A stretch of 64,000 nt of DNA from a virus. Under the pieces are notes generated by a model, which saw nothing but the letters and a program-made list of their open reading frames with translations, searched no databases and was not told the origin of the DNA. Positions 27,821-37,844 of the stretch are shown piece by piece. The translations under genes were made by a program, and so were the position numbers. Positions within the stretch are counted from its first letter, which is position 1. The number at the start of each line of letters is the position of its first letter. The stretch is from the IMG/VR virus record IMGVR_UViG_3300028654_000009; one strand, 5' to 3'.

Positions 27821-29052
27821 GATTTCTGTTTCTCCAGTTGTTTTTGTTCCGCTATGTATGCTTCCCACTCTGGCGCTGTTCTGTATCCAGGCATCCGGCA
27901 CCCAGGCATCCACCTCAAATGCGCGTTACCACTCAGTACCGCAGTTTTGAAAGCGTCAACGAATTTATCCGCCTCCGCCTGGACTTGCTCCTCGGTCATT
28001 GAGAGTTTACAGTGAAAATTCAAATGGTCAAACATTGTTTTTGACACACCTCTGATACCGAACTCTCCGATAAATCCTGTGGTGATTCTGCCAGAGCGAG
28101 TTTCGTGACCGCCCCACAGATCAAGGGGGTGCTGGTCTCGAAAGTCCCCTTTTTGGAACCTCGGGTCTTCGCGGTGGCCCAACCCCACCCACACATCAGG
28201 CGCCGACAAGGCGATTGGCACCTTCCAGTCGTCCTCTTGCCACCCTGGGAGCCACGAGCAAAAGCCTCGAACGTAGTCGACAGCGTCAGGGTTCTTTTTC
28301 GCAGCTTTCGCCCGGTCGTACCGGTACATGGCCACGGCCCCCCAAAACTGCAAGCGGGCTACATCGTCTTCGAGCTTGATGTGGCGCTTCCAAAACTGCT
28401 CGGCTTCCTGCTTGGTGGCTGGCAGCTCCTTGTGGCGGAAGTTTGGGTAGATATTCCAGTAGGCATCGAACCAGGCCTGATCCTCGGCCGAAAGCGCCAG
28501 GGAAGACTTTACCATCCAATGCTCGAACACGTTGTCCGTTTCCAAAACGAAATCCATGCTATAAACCTTCTTGAGGCCGAAGGATGGGTCGTTACTGCAC
28601 TTTATGTAGCATTCACAGGTGTTTTTGACAACATCTAGGTTATACCGAGACACAGCCCCGAGGAAGGCGGTAAGGCACCTGGAGCGTTTTTTGAGGTACC
28701 CACTCGCCGGCCACTCAGCAAACAGCCGCTCGAAAGCTTCAATATTGGGGTCCGCTGCCTTCGGCAAAGGGGCCTGCAATCGCTCTACAGCCTCGTTGTA
28801 CTCTTCTTGGGTGTTCGGGGGCAGGACGACCGATTCGGCGCCCCAGGGCTCGTCTGCGCGTTCTCCGCGCATGATGGCGGGCTTCTGGCCCGCACGAACA
28901 ACGATTCGTTTCTGTGCCTGCAGGTCCGAAAGAATCTGGGCCACCTCGGAACGTGAAAGGCTGTACTCTTTGGCAAGAGTAACCTCGGACACCCGAGCTA
29001 TTTCGAGCCCGTCTGGTAAAATACACTCAAACAATTCCTGAGCGGAGGTCAT
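27817..29052 (-). CDS. Replication initiator-like protein (N-terminal wHTH plus two DnaD-like repeats)
   Basis: LAKEYSLSRSEV..IL..L HTH. FERLFAEWP and FDAYWNIYP..K..A...W repeats. Confidence 0.55.
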   Translation of the reverse strand: MTSAQELFECILPDGLEIARVSEVTLAKEYSLSRSEVAQILSDLQAQKRIVVRAGQKPAIMRGERADEPWGAESVVLPPNTQEEYNEAVERLQAPLPKAADPNIEAFERLFAEWPASGYLKKRSRCLTAFLGAVSRYNLDVVKNTCECYIKCSNDPSFGLKKVYSMDFVLETDNVFEHWMVKSSLALSAEDQAWFDAYWNIYPNFRHKELPATKQEAEQFWKRHIKLEDDVARLQFWGAVAMYRYDRAKAAKKNPDAVDYVRGFCSWLPGWQEDDWKVPIALSAPDVWVGLGHREDPRFQKGDFRDQHPLDLWGGHETRSGRITTGFIGEFGIRGVSKTMFDHLNFHCKLSMTEEQVQAEADKFVDAFKTAVLSGNAHLRWMPGCRMPGYRTAPEWEAYIAEQKQLEKQKS

Positions 29053-29552
29053 TGAGACTCCTCGACGGCAAGCAGCTCTGACATATCAAACCGCAACTTA
29101 AGAGGAGGCTTCCTCCCTGTAAACATATCTGGCACACCCTCAATCGCTCGAACACGCAGGGTTTTGGGACATATCTTCCAAATCTTTTCGGTCAAACCGA
29201 TGGTCACCGCGCTGGTTTTTTCCGCCACCTCCGGGACGAATTCCGCCTGCCCATCACTATCAATCATCGTGGAAAGATAAAGCATTAGCCATCGACCGGC
29301 CGGGGACAGCTTCAGGTCTTTGAGTCGTGAAAAGAGAAACAATGGGACCCTGGGCAAGGGGACTTGGGGAGGTAGCTCTCGTAACGGCCCCTTATAAGTC
29401 GCCGTGCTTACACCGACTATCTTGGCCACCTCCCTTATTGGCAATTGGGTCTGCAACTGAACTATCGCGGCTAACCGGGCTCCAGGAGAAGTTGGCCAAG
29501 ACTCATTGGCCTTGCGCATTAAACTGTAACTCAAAAACGGTTTCTGTATCAT
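29049..29552 (-). CDS. HTH DNA-binding protein
   Basis: IREVAKIVGVSTAT. Start inferred from the promoter position. Confidence 0.55.
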   Translation of the reverse strand: MIQKPFLSYSLMRKANESWPTSPGARLAAIVQLQTQLPIREVAKIVGVSTATYKGPLRELPPQVPLPRVPLFLFSRLKDLKLSPAGRWLMLYLSTMIDSDGQAEFVPEVAEKTSAVTIGLTEKIWKICPKTLRVRAIEGVPDMFTGRKPPLKLRFDMSELLAVEESQ

Positions 29553-29559
29553 GCCAAAG

Positions 29560-29588
29560 AGTCTATCACGGGCAACAAAAAGGGTCAA
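29560..29588 (-). promoter_or_regulatory. Sigma70-type promoter (leaderless)
   Basis: TTGACC-N17-TAGACT-N7-ATG(29552). Confidence 0.7.
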
Positions 29589-29940
29589 GAGTCTTGTTTT
29601 AGTGTACCGTATCCAAAACATCAGAGCCACTGCAGCTTTTGTATTAGACTGTGGCGCCTTTTGTTGTAGCGGCCATTTTCCGCATATAAGGAACGCGCGC
29701 GTCAGATCCGGATCTAATTAAGACTACCTCAGAACTCAGAGACTATAAAGGCTCCCTTGAATTCCGAGGACTTTTTTTTTGAATTTTTCTGGGGAAGTCC
29801 AAGTGTGCGAAAATTCACATACAGTCCCTTTCCGAGCAAAAACTCCGACCCCCAAAATGATGGGCGCGCTGCCGTGCGTCAGCGTCATTTTGATATCTGT
29901 TTTCCAGGATTGGCGGGAAATATTTTCTGCAAAGTGGGGC

Positions 29941-29969
29941 TTGCGGCTGACACGGGGCTCTGGTATACT
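29941..29969 (+). promoter_or_regulatory. Sigma70-type promoter of groEL (leaderless)
   Basis: TTGCGG-N17-(TGG)TATACT-N8-ATG(29978). Confidence 0.7.
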
Positions 29970-29977
29970 CAACACCT

Positions 29978-31816
29978 ATGGCTTCTACTATCAAATCCCA
30001 TGCCGCGTTCAAGACCGTTCTTCCCAAGGGTGACAAGCTAGACAGAAAAATTCTGGACACCCTGAAAACCGTAGCCGAAGTGGTCGGTGGAACGCTGGGG
30101 CCGTGCGGTCGCCCGGTGCTAATCGAGCGCTCCGAAGACGGTATCCCGCCCGTCGTGACCAAAGACGGCGTGACCGTGTTTCGGGCTCTCGGCTTCGAGG
30201 ACGCCACCTCCCAGTGTTTGCTGGAGGTCACCCGCGATGCCTCGGTGAGAACGGCCGATAGCGCTGGAGACGGAACGACCACAGCCACCATTCTGGCTGA
30301 AGCTTTTGTGCGGCACACCCTGCAGTATTGCAAGGACCACAAGAGCCTCTCACCCGCGAAGGTGGTGCGAGAAATCCAGGCGACGTTCCAGAACGTCATG
30401 AGGCCGGAGCTGGAACGACTGGCCGTGAAGTATTCGCTCGACGATGAGGGACTACAGGGGCTCTGGAACGTGGCGAACATTTCCGCCAACGGAGACTCCG
30501 CCCTGGCCGACGCCGTCATCGATTGCTATCAAATCTGCGGAGACGACGGCAATATCACCGTCGCCGACGGCAACGATGGACAGGGTTCTCGGTACGAGCC
30601 TGAGAAAATCGAAGGGTATCCTATTGCTATGGGGTACGAGTCTTCGTGCGGCCGGCTGTTTCCGATTTTCATCAACCGCCAGGACACCCAGCAGTGTGTG
30701 TTGGACCGGCCGATTTTTATCCTGTACTTCGGGCGGTTGAACGAAAGCCAGTCCGCGATTGACCTTCTCAACCAGATTCAAACGGCGTGGGAAAACCATG
30801 AACTTGCTACCCCCAATGTCGTGTTCGTGGCGACGGGGTTTTCTGACCAGGTGGTGGCAGATTTCGCCGGCAACTGGCTGAACGGTGAGGCCATCAACGT
30901 GTTTCCTCTGGCCTGTCCCGACAGCCCCCAAACCAACGGGTCGCGGAATTTCATGGACGACCTTGCGGCCGTCACGGCTGCCACAGTCTTCGACCCGATC
31001 ACCAAGAAGCTGGAGACAGCGACGCTAGGGGACCTGGGGAACATCGAGCTGAAGGGCGTAGAGAACCCTGAAACGTTGGAGACGAAGTACACCTGGGAGC
31101 CCCGGGGCGTCAAGCATTTTGAGTGCTCGCGCTATCGCAGCTCAATCGTGGGCTTTGCAGACGAAGAAATCTTGATTGCCCGCCAGGATGTCGTTCGCGC
31201 GCGGGCTGAGCACGAGTCTTCCACGCTGGATGCCGTTTGGACTCGCGAACGGCTGGCCAAGTTGACGGGAGGTATCGCTCGGCTCAAGGTGATGGGCAGC
31301 TCAGGTGCCGATATCTCCGAGCGTCGCGACCGAGCCGACGACGCGATTTGCGCTGTCCGGGGCGCAATCAAGTATGGCACCCTCGTGGGCGGTGGTTGGG
31401 CTCTTGCTCGGCTGGCTATGGTGTTGCCTCAGTCCGAGGTCAACAGCGCGATCCTGCGGCCGGCGCTTTTGCGCCCGGCGGAGACGCTGTTCGCCAACGC
31501 TGGGTTTTCTACGGAAGAGAGCCGAGGTTTGATACTGCCCGTACTCGCGTCCACGGAGCACGGCGACCCGAACCAGGCCGTGGTGTACGACCTGAATTCT
31601 GGGCGCCACGTAAGAGGCCTGGCGGCCGGGCTGCTCGATTCGTATTCTGCGGTGTTTGAGGCTCTGAAGAACTCCATTTCGCTGGCGTCGCTGTTGGGCA
31701 CCCTTGGAGGGACCATCGTTCACCCTCGCGACAAGTCATTCGACATGCAGGACGCCAAAGACGCAGCTGAATTTGCAAGAATGATGAGCGTCAACCCGGC
31801 TGACGAACGGCCGTAA
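29978..31816 (+). CDS. groL: GroEL-like chaperonin
   Basis: TLGP.GR.V, TKDGVTV, AGDGTTTAT, ISANGD, ERLAKLTGGIA and GGG.AL motifs. Confidence 0.93.
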   Translation: MASTIKSHAAFKTVLPKGDKLDRKILDTLKTVAEVVGGTLGPCGRPVLIERSEDGIPPVVTKDGVTVFRALGFEDATSQCLLEVTRDASVRTADSAGDGTTTATILAEAFVRHTLQYCKDHKSLSPAKVVREIQATFQNVMRPELERLAVKYSLDDEGLQGLWNVANISANGDSALADAVIDCYQICGDDGNITVADGNDGQGSRYEPEKIEGYPIAMGYESSCGRLFPIFINRQDTQQCVLDRPIFILYFGRLNESQSAIDLLNQIQTAWENHELATPNVVFVATGFSDQVVADFAGNWLNGEAINVFPLACPDSPQTNGSRNFMDDLAAVTAATVFDPITKKLETATLGDLGNIELKGVENPETLETKYTWEPRGVKHFECSRYRSSIVGFADEEILIARQDVVRARAEHESSTLDAVWTRERLAKLTGGIARLKVMGSSGADISERRDRADDAICAVRGAIKYGTLVGGGWALARLAMVLPQSEVNSAILRPALLRPAETLFANAGFSTEESRGLILPVLASTEHGDPNQAVVYDLNSGRHVRGLAAGLLDSYSAVFEALKNSISLASLLGTLGGTIVHPRDKSFDMQDAKDAAEFARMMSVNPADERP

Positions 31817-31831
31817 GTGGAGAGGATTAGG

Positions 31832-32101
31832 TTGCCGCTCTTCAAACTGCGCTGTGGTCGGTGCGAGAAAGAAAAGAAGGTCATGCGTGACAGCCCTCCC
31901 AAGGAGTGTTGCCCTTGCGGTGGAGAATTCCAGCGGGCTGGGAATGGGCCTTCTTCCCAGGTGGTGGAGAGACTGGACAACGGCCTGATGCCCAAGCCGC
32001 TGGAGCGCTTGGTGGACGCCGAACGCTTGCACCAAGAGCGTGCGGACAACGCCGAGTCGGGCGCGGGACGCACGCAGGGGCTGCGCGGTCGAGATGTCTA
32101 A
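31832..32101 (+). CDS. FmdB-like zinc ribbon protein
   Basis: (M)PLFKLRCGRC...CCPCGG. Start uncertain (31817 or 31832). Confidence 0.55.
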   Translation: MPLFKLRCGRCEKEKKVMRDSPPKECCPCGGEFQRAGNGPSSQVVERLDNGLMPKPLERLVDAERLHQERADNAESGAGRTQGLRGRDV

Positions 32102-34238
32102 CGTTCGCCTTAAAAAGCTGTACGGGGGCCGCTTCAGGTCTTTCAAGCAGCCTTTTTCCATCGACCTCCCCGATACGGGGATGGTACTGATCTCTGGCTT
32201 GAACCAGGATACCGGAGACCCGAGCGGGGCCGGGAAGTCTTCCCTCGTTCTGGCGATTTCGTACCTGTTCGGCGGCTGCCCTTTTCCTGGAACGGAGCTT
32301 CAGAACAGCGAAGACGACGAGCCCTTCCTGGTTGGTGCCGTTTTAGAGAATGAGCACGGCCAGTGGACCGTAGAGAGGCAGAAGGGCCTGCGCATTACGC
32401 CGCCCGGTGGCCCGACGATGAAGGGGAAGATAGCCGAAGTCGAGCTAGATGCTTTGTTCGGCATGGACGAGAAGACCCGAGCCATCACCACCTATCGGGG
32501 CCAGAACGAGGACGGGCTATTTATCTCGATGCCTGACGCCGCGAAGAAGGAATTTCTTTCTTCCGTGCTGGGGCTCGAAGTGTTTTCGAGCATTGCTGAA
32601 GAGGCTTCTGCTAAGGCCAAGTTTTTACTTCAAGAACAGTCGAAGCAAACTGGCGTTCTGGAGGAGGCTACGCGGTCGTTGAGCCTGGACGAACAGGAAG
32701 TCCGACCGATAGACGAACTACAGGCCGAGTCTGCATCCTTGGCTGGACTGATTGAGCAGCTCGATTTGGCCAAGACCGAAAATCAAAGCCAGCTGGAGGA
32801 GCAGGACCGACGCTGGGAAGAAATCTACCAAAAGATTCAAGAGACCCAAGCCGCCATCGTGGCCAAGACCGCCAAGGTAAAAGCCAAAGCGCAAGAAAAG
32901 CGAGACGCCCTGAACGTTGCGTGGCGTGAAGCCTTTGTGACCGTTGAATCTGACTCCATCAATGCTCTGCTCAACGAAAGAACGATGGTTCAAAAAGACC
33001 TGGCCGAGGCGGCCAAGGAAGACACCCAGGCTTCTCAGGCTCATGAACGCAAGCGCGCCGACATCAGGACCAAAATCGCCTTGCTCGGGGTCAAGGTAAG
33101 AAAAATTCCCGAGGTCGAGGCGAGCATCAATACCCTGGACGCCGACATAAAAGCCCTAGAGGCAAACGTCTGCTCGACGTGTAGCCAACCCTGGCTGACG
33201 GACAGTTTGCCTGGAATACTGGCTGGCAAAAAACTCGAACTGGAGGACAACAAGAAAGCTCTCCAGGCCCTTTTGGTTGAGAAAGACCTGTGTTCTGAAC
33301 TCTCTGGCCAGTTGAAGTCCATGTCTGATTGGCCTCCGAGTGAAAAGGCGCTGTCCCTGCAGGGGCGCCTGGATGGGCTGACGAAATGCCTCGAAGTAGA
33401 AAGCAAAGCTGTTGCCGGGGTGACTGCGGCCAAGGCCAAAAAGGTGAAAGAAGATATCGCCGCTTTGGATGAAAAGGAAACTCAGGTCATCGGCTCGCAA
33501 ACAGCTCCGCTCAATGAGCAGTTGGCGCTGCTTACGGCAGAAAAGACCGCTCTGAGTAAGACGCTGGCTGACGGAGGGCGACTGAAATGCTCCCTCATTG
33601 ATAAGGCCTCGGTTCTGCAAGCTCAGAAAGCGGGCATAGACCACCGCATCGAAGCGCACAAGGTACAGCAGAAGCTGTTGCTCAAGAAACGGGAGAGAGT
33701 AAGCGCTCTTCAACTTGCGGCTGACCAGCTGGCAGAAGAACTCCACCTTGAGCAGGACGTCGCTGCTTTGGTGGGGAAGAACGGATTCCTGAATGTGATT
33801 TTCGACGACGTCCTGGCGGAGGTGGCTGCTTCCACCAACGAGATTTTGGCTGGCATCGCCAACGTCAGACATATCGTGGTCAGCTTTGATACAGAGGACC
33901 CCACCAGGATCGTCCCGATGGTGTCGGTCAGCGGAGAATCTCGTCCCCTTCGTTCGTATCTGAGCGGAGGTCAACAGTCGGCCGTCAAGCTCGCCCTGGA
34001 CCTCGGGCTCGGAGCGGTGGTGGCGAAACGTCGGGGCCGGTACCCAGGATTTCTGGTGTTGGACGAGAGTTTCGATGGGCTCGGCCCCGTTGCCCAAGAG
34101 AGCTGTCTCGAAGTCCTTTCTGCCGCTTCCAAAGACAGATTGATATTCGTCATTCAACACGCCGATCGGTTTGCTGGCATGTTCGACGAGGTAATTCACG
34201 TCAAGTTCGTTGACGGAGAATCGTTTATCGGCTCATGA
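32094..34238 (+). CDS. sbcC: Rad50/SbcC-like ATPase (gp46-like)
   Basis: FRSF, SGAGKSS, coiled coil with CSTC hook, LSGGQ, LVLDE and IQH motifs. Confidence 0.92.
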   Translation: MSNVRLKKLYGGRFRSFKQPFSIDLPDTGMVLISGLNQDTGDPSGAGKSSLVLAISYLFGGCPFPGTELQNSEDDEPFLVGAVLENEHGQWTVERQKGLRITPPGGPTMKGKIAEVELDALFGMDEKTRAITTYRGQNEDGLFISMPDAAKKEFLSSVLGLEVFSSIAEEASAKAKFLLQEQSKQTGVLEEATRSLSLDEQEVRPIDELQAESASLAGLIEQLDLAKTENQSQLEEQDRRWEEIYQKIQETQAAIVAKTAKVKAKAQEKRDALNVAWREAFVTVESDSINALLNERTMVQKDLAEAAKEDTQASQAHERKRADIRTKIALLGVKVRKIPEVEASINTLDADIKALEANVCSTCSQPWLTDSLPGILAGKKLELEDNKKALQALLVEKDLCSELSGQLKSMSDWPPSEKALSLQGRLDGLTKCLEVESKAVAGVTAAKAKKVKEDIAALDEKETQVIGSQTAPLNEQLALLTAEKTALSKTLADGGRLKCSLIDKASVLQAQKAGIDHRIEAHKVQQKLLLKKRERVSALQLAADQLAEELHLEQDVAALVGKNGFLNVIFDDVLAEVAASTNEILAGIANVRHIVVSFDTEDPTRIVPMVSVSGESRPLRSYLSGGQQSAVKLALDLGLGAVVAKRRGRYPGFLVLDESFDGLGPVAQESCLEVLSAASKDRLIFVIQHADRFAGMFDEVIHVKFVDGESFIGS

Positions 34239-34834
34239 AAAAGACGTGCTCTAAATGTAAAATTTCTCAAGATGAAACGGAGTTTTACCGCCATCGCGCT
34301 CAATGTAAGAAGTGTAAGAGAAAGTACCAAAAATATTATCAAGAAAATAATATCGTGCGGTATGAAGAATACCAAAAGGAGTATAAAGCAGCGAATAAAT
34401 CTTCTAGAGCAGCGAATCAAAAGGAGTATCACAGAAATAAAATGGAATCAGATCCAGTCTATAGGACTAAAAGGAACATCCGTCACAGATTCCGTCAAGC
34501 ACTTAAAGGCGGATTCAAGTATGGCTCGTCCGTCAAATTGCTTGGCTGCACCGTACAGGAAGTGTGGGACCATCTTTGTTTCTTGCTCCTTCCAGGAATG
34601 ACTCCGGACCACCACCCTTTGACAGGAAATTCGAAGAATGGCTGGCACATTGACCACATCGTTCCTTTAGACAGTTTTGATCTTGAGGACCCGATTCAAC
34701 TAGCAAAAGCTTGGCACTATACCAACCTACAACCCCTCTGGGCTATTGACAATTTCAAGAAGGGGAGTAAAACAGGGACCTTGACATTGAACCAGTGTCC
34801 GGTTAAACTTCTTTCAACAACCGAGGAGATCACA
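34235..34834 (+). mobile_element. HNH endonuclease (reading frame runs on into the next gene)
   Basis: CSKC...CKKC and WHIDHIVP...WHYTNLQPLWAIDNFKKG. AT-rich. Confidence 0.8.
34781..34809 (+). promoter_or_regulatory. Sigma70-type promoter
   Basis: TTGACA-N17-TAAACT, then GAGGAG SD and ATG at 34835. Confidence 0.7.
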
Positions 34835-35080
34835 ATGGCCCTGACTATTAAAGACATTAGAACGATCCAGGACTTCGCTCGCAAGCGGTTTGTCGGGCAG
34901 CCGGCCCGCGCTCGCCTTGAAGAAACTGGCGAGGCGCTCTCGCCAAGCGAGTTGGCAACCATTGCCAACATAGAGGCAACTCTGAATTTTCTCTCCGAGA
35001 AGGGTGTCCTTCAAAACGCTGACCGATTCGGTGTGGAATTCCGCACTATTGATTCGGAAGTCATCGACGCAATCGCATAG
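34835..35080 (+). CDS. Hypothetical protein
   Basis: Has its own promoter and SD, in frame with the HNH ORF. Confidence 0.65.
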   Translation: MALTIKDIRTIQDFARKRFVGQPARARLEETGEALSPSELATIANIEATLNFLSEKGVLQNADRFGVEFRTIDSEVIDAIA

Positions 35081-35090
35081 AAAGGGAACA

Positions 35091-35420
35091 ATGGCCGACA
35101 AGAAGGAAAAGCAGTACAAGAAGTTTCAGACACTGGACGAGGAGTGGCGCACCAACGCTTTGACGAAGTCCGAGCCTGACCTGAACAAGGCGATTCGCGA
35201 TGTGGCCGTGCAGTCCATCGTGCTTGAGCTGGCGAAGGAAGCTGACCAGGACCTGGCCGCTGCCAAGGAGGCCGTGAAGACTGCTTCCGAGCAGTACAAG
35301 GAGGGCAAGAAGCGTCACTCTATTGAGATCGAGTTCCTGGTGGAGTGTCTTCGTTCGCGAGGCGCGAACATTCCTTCGATCGACGAGTTTTTGGAGGGAG
35401 TGAAGGCCGACCTGGTTTAA
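35091..35420 (+). CDS. Hypothetical coiled-coil protein
   Basis: SD-like AAAGGG. Strong coding bias. Confidence 0.7.
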   Translation: MADKKEKQYKKFQTLDEEWRTNALTKSEPDLNKAIRDVAVQSIVLELAKEADQDLAAAKEAVKTASEQYKEGKKRHSIEIEFLVECLRSRGANIPSIDEFLEGVKADLV

Positions 35421-35441
35421 TCGAGAAGGTAATCTGTGGGG

Positions 35442-35765
35442 ATGCCGCTGATTACCCCGACGAAGCAGACGCTGAAACGCTATGGCTTGTCGCTTGAAGA
35501 ATGGCAGGCCATGGCGGAGAAGTACAATCATGCGTGTGCAATTTGTAAGACTGAGCCCAAGAAGGGGCGCCTTCACATCGACCACGAACACGTGAAGGGA
35601 TGGAAAAAGATGGCACCATCTGAACGCAAAAAACATGTAAGGTGCCTTGCATGTTTCCGATGCAATGTGTCGTTTATAGGCCGTGGAATAACAATTGCTC
35701 GGGCACAGGCCGTTGTTGACGTACTCGCAGAATATGCTTTGAAGCACCCAGGAAGGACTATTTAA
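35442..35765 (+). CDS. Endonuclease VII (Holliday junction resolvase)
   Basis: YGLS.EE, CAIC, LHIDHEH and VRCLACFRCN motifs. AATCT-N6-ATG upstream. Confidence 0.85.
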   Translation: MPLITPTKQTLKRYGLSLEEWQAMAEKYNHACAICKTEPKKGRLHIDHEHVKGWKKMAPSERKKHVRCLACFRCNVSFIGRGITIARAQAVVDVLAEYALKHPGRTI

Positions 35766-36808
35766 TGGCAACAGATGACGGCTGGTCGTTCAGCGATTAC
35801 GGATTGGCGGAAGAACCGCCGCAGCAACATTTTGCTCCGGAGTTTCCGCCACACCGATTCCCGGAGGTCGAGCCTGAGGAGGCTTATAACCCTCTGCAGC
35901 ATGAATCGGCCCTCGACCAGGAGATGTCCGAAGCTGAGCGTCGCCTTCACAAGGCCTCTCTTTACCGTCAGTTTTTGACAGGTAACGTATTCTCTGGAGA
36001 CCAGGACCAAGAGACGCTGGAGGTAGAGGCGGAGTTCCGAGAGTTCGCTAGGTTCCGTCTGGGGAAGCTGTTGGGGATCTCTTCGAACAAAGCCGACCCC
36101 ACAACTGGCTTCAGCGAAGCGGACGTCAAGGTCCTGCGGTTCCTGATAGAGAGCGTGATGGACAACGCAAAGGTTCGAGCGTCTTTGGGTCTCGGCGGGG
36201 CGCCGGCAACAAAGCGCCCCAAGCCCGAGCTGACGAAGCATGTGGTCCAGCCACAAAACCCCACCTTGCGGCCCCGCCCCCAGCCGGAGAGCGCAAGGCC
36301 GCGCCAGCAACAGAACGTCCGGCAACAGCCCCAATCGCAGCCCCAGCAGACTCCTCCCCCCAAGCGACCCCAGGGTCCCCTGCGGACCCAGCCGCCCGCC
36401 CAGCAGCAGCCCAAGAAGGACTGGAGCGTGGCCCTTCCGGACGACACCCTGATTCAGGAGAACGGACGGACCTTCAAGGCGAAGTGGGTCCAGATGGGGC
36501 AACACGAGTACGGAGACGCCGTGGCCGCCCGCCTGGAAAAGCTGCAGCCGGGAGAAGCAACAAGGCTGTCAAACGGGATTCAGGTAGTGAAGACGGAGGG
36601 GGAAGAGTTTTTCAAGGTGGTGCTTCGGGACCTGACACCGCAGGTGAAGGGTGAGGGAGGGTTCCCTACTCCAACAGCGGCTCAGTTGTCAATGGCTACT
36701 CAAAATATAGCTGCCGAGCAGGTGCAGAACTTCGCCCCGAGCGGTAGCGGGGGCGGCATGACTGGTCGCGCTGCCTCAATCGTTGCACAAGTATTTGCAG
36801 AGGAATAA
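35765..36808 (+). CDS. Hypothetical protein with a P/Q-rich linker
   Basis: 347-aa ORF, translationally coupled. Confidence 0.7.
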   Translation: MATDDGWSFSDYGLAEEPPQQHFAPEFPPHRFPEVEPEEAYNPLQHESALDQEMSEAERRLHKASLYRQFLTGNVFSGDQDQETLEVEAEFREFARFRLGKLLGISSNKADPTTGFSEADVKVLRFLIESVMDNAKVRASLGLGGAPATKRPKPELTKHVVQPQNPTLRPRPQPESARPRQQQNVRQQPQSQPQQTPPPKRPQGPLRTQPPAQQQPKKDWSVALPDDTLIQENGRTFKAKWVQMGQHEYGDAVAARLEKLQPGEATRLSNGIQVVKTEGEEFFKVVLRDLTPQVKGEGGFPTPTAAQLSMATQNIAAEQVQNFAPSGSGGGMTGRAASIVAQVFAEE

Positions 36809-37195
36809 ATGAACAAGGAAGAATTGGTCCAGCAGCTACATAACGCCCAGGTCGAGGTTGCTCGACAGGCTCCCCCAATTGGTGAAGGAGCAACTACGGT
36901 TAAGGTCGACCTCGCAAAGGCGATGGAAACGCCTCGTGAGAGAATCAAGCCATGTTTGCCTGAGGGGTATCGGTACCCCCAGAAATACGAGTTTGGCACA
37001 CGCACCGAAGGGTTGTCGGCTGAGTGTGTCGCCGTCGGGGAGCACATCAACGAACAGAAGTTCAAGGCCACCCCTATCGAGGAGAAGGTCGAAAGTTTGA
37101 CGGCCCAAGTGGCGATGTTGAGTCAACGGGTAGCAGATTTGACGGTGTTTGTGGCCAAGATCAATCACAATAACAACAAAAAGGAGACCGAATAA
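36809..37195 (+). CDS. Hypothetical protein
   Basis: GAGGA SD, in operon. Confidence 0.65.
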   Translation: MNKEELVQQLHNAQVEVARQAPPIGEGATTVKVDLAKAMETPRERIKPCLPEGYRYPQKYEFGTRTEGLSAECVAVGEHINEQKFKATPIEEKVESLTAQVAMLSQRVADLTVFVAKINHNNNKKETE

Positions 37196-37842
37196 TGTCC
37201 GCAGGTTCCAGTATGCGTCGTGGGGTCGAGGCCGCCCAGAATCAGGCCCTCAAGAAGCCGTCCGCAGTCGAGCGTCTTGACAATCTCGAAGCCGCTTTCA
37301 AGCAGCTCGTGGAGTCCATCAACGAGAACTTCAAGGCAGACCGTCAGGTTCGCGAGTCCATCGTGAAGACCCTTAATGCGGTCACCGATTTGGTGGGCGA
37401 GGAAAAGGTTCAGGCTAAGCTCCAGGAGCGCGACCTGGCAGAGCTGGAGAAGCGGGCTGACGATGCCGAGCAAGCGCTCGACAAGCTGGTGACCGACGGC
37501 CGAGTCGTCGAGTCTCTGTCGTTCTCGGACAAGACGGTTGTCATCAAGGTTCGGCAGCTGAAGGACGGCGTGGTGATGCCTCCTCGCCACCTGATTCTCC
37601 CCCCAGACGGACTCACCGAAGAGGTCCGCAACCTTCTCCCCGGCACCTCTGCTGGAGAGTCTCTGAGCCTGGCTGACGGAACCACGGTCGAGATCCTGGC
37701 CCTGTTCGAGGCCGTTGAGGTTCCCGCTGAGACTCCCGTCGAGGTTGCTCACCCGGACGCGATTATCCCGCCGGCTGTCGGGACTACCGATTTTGTGGAG
37801 GTCAAGGCCCCGATTGAGGTTACGGAAGTAAAGGCGGAATAG
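37195..37842 (+). CDS. Hypothetical coiled-coil protein with a possible Gre/FKBP-like C-domain
   Basis: AAGGAG SD. LLPGTSAGESL...VEILALFE pattern. Confidence 0.6.
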   Translation: MSAGSSMRRGVEAAQNQALKKPSAVERLDNLEAAFKQLVESINENFKADRQVRESIVKTLNAVTDLVGEEKVQAKLQERDLAELEKRADDAEQALDKLVTDGRVVESLSFSDKTVVIKVRQLKDGVVMPPRHLILPPDGLTEEVRNLLPGTSAGESLSLADGTTVEILALFEAVEVPAETPVEVAHPDAIIPPAVGTTDFVEVKAPIEVTEVKAE

Positions 37843-37844
37843 TC

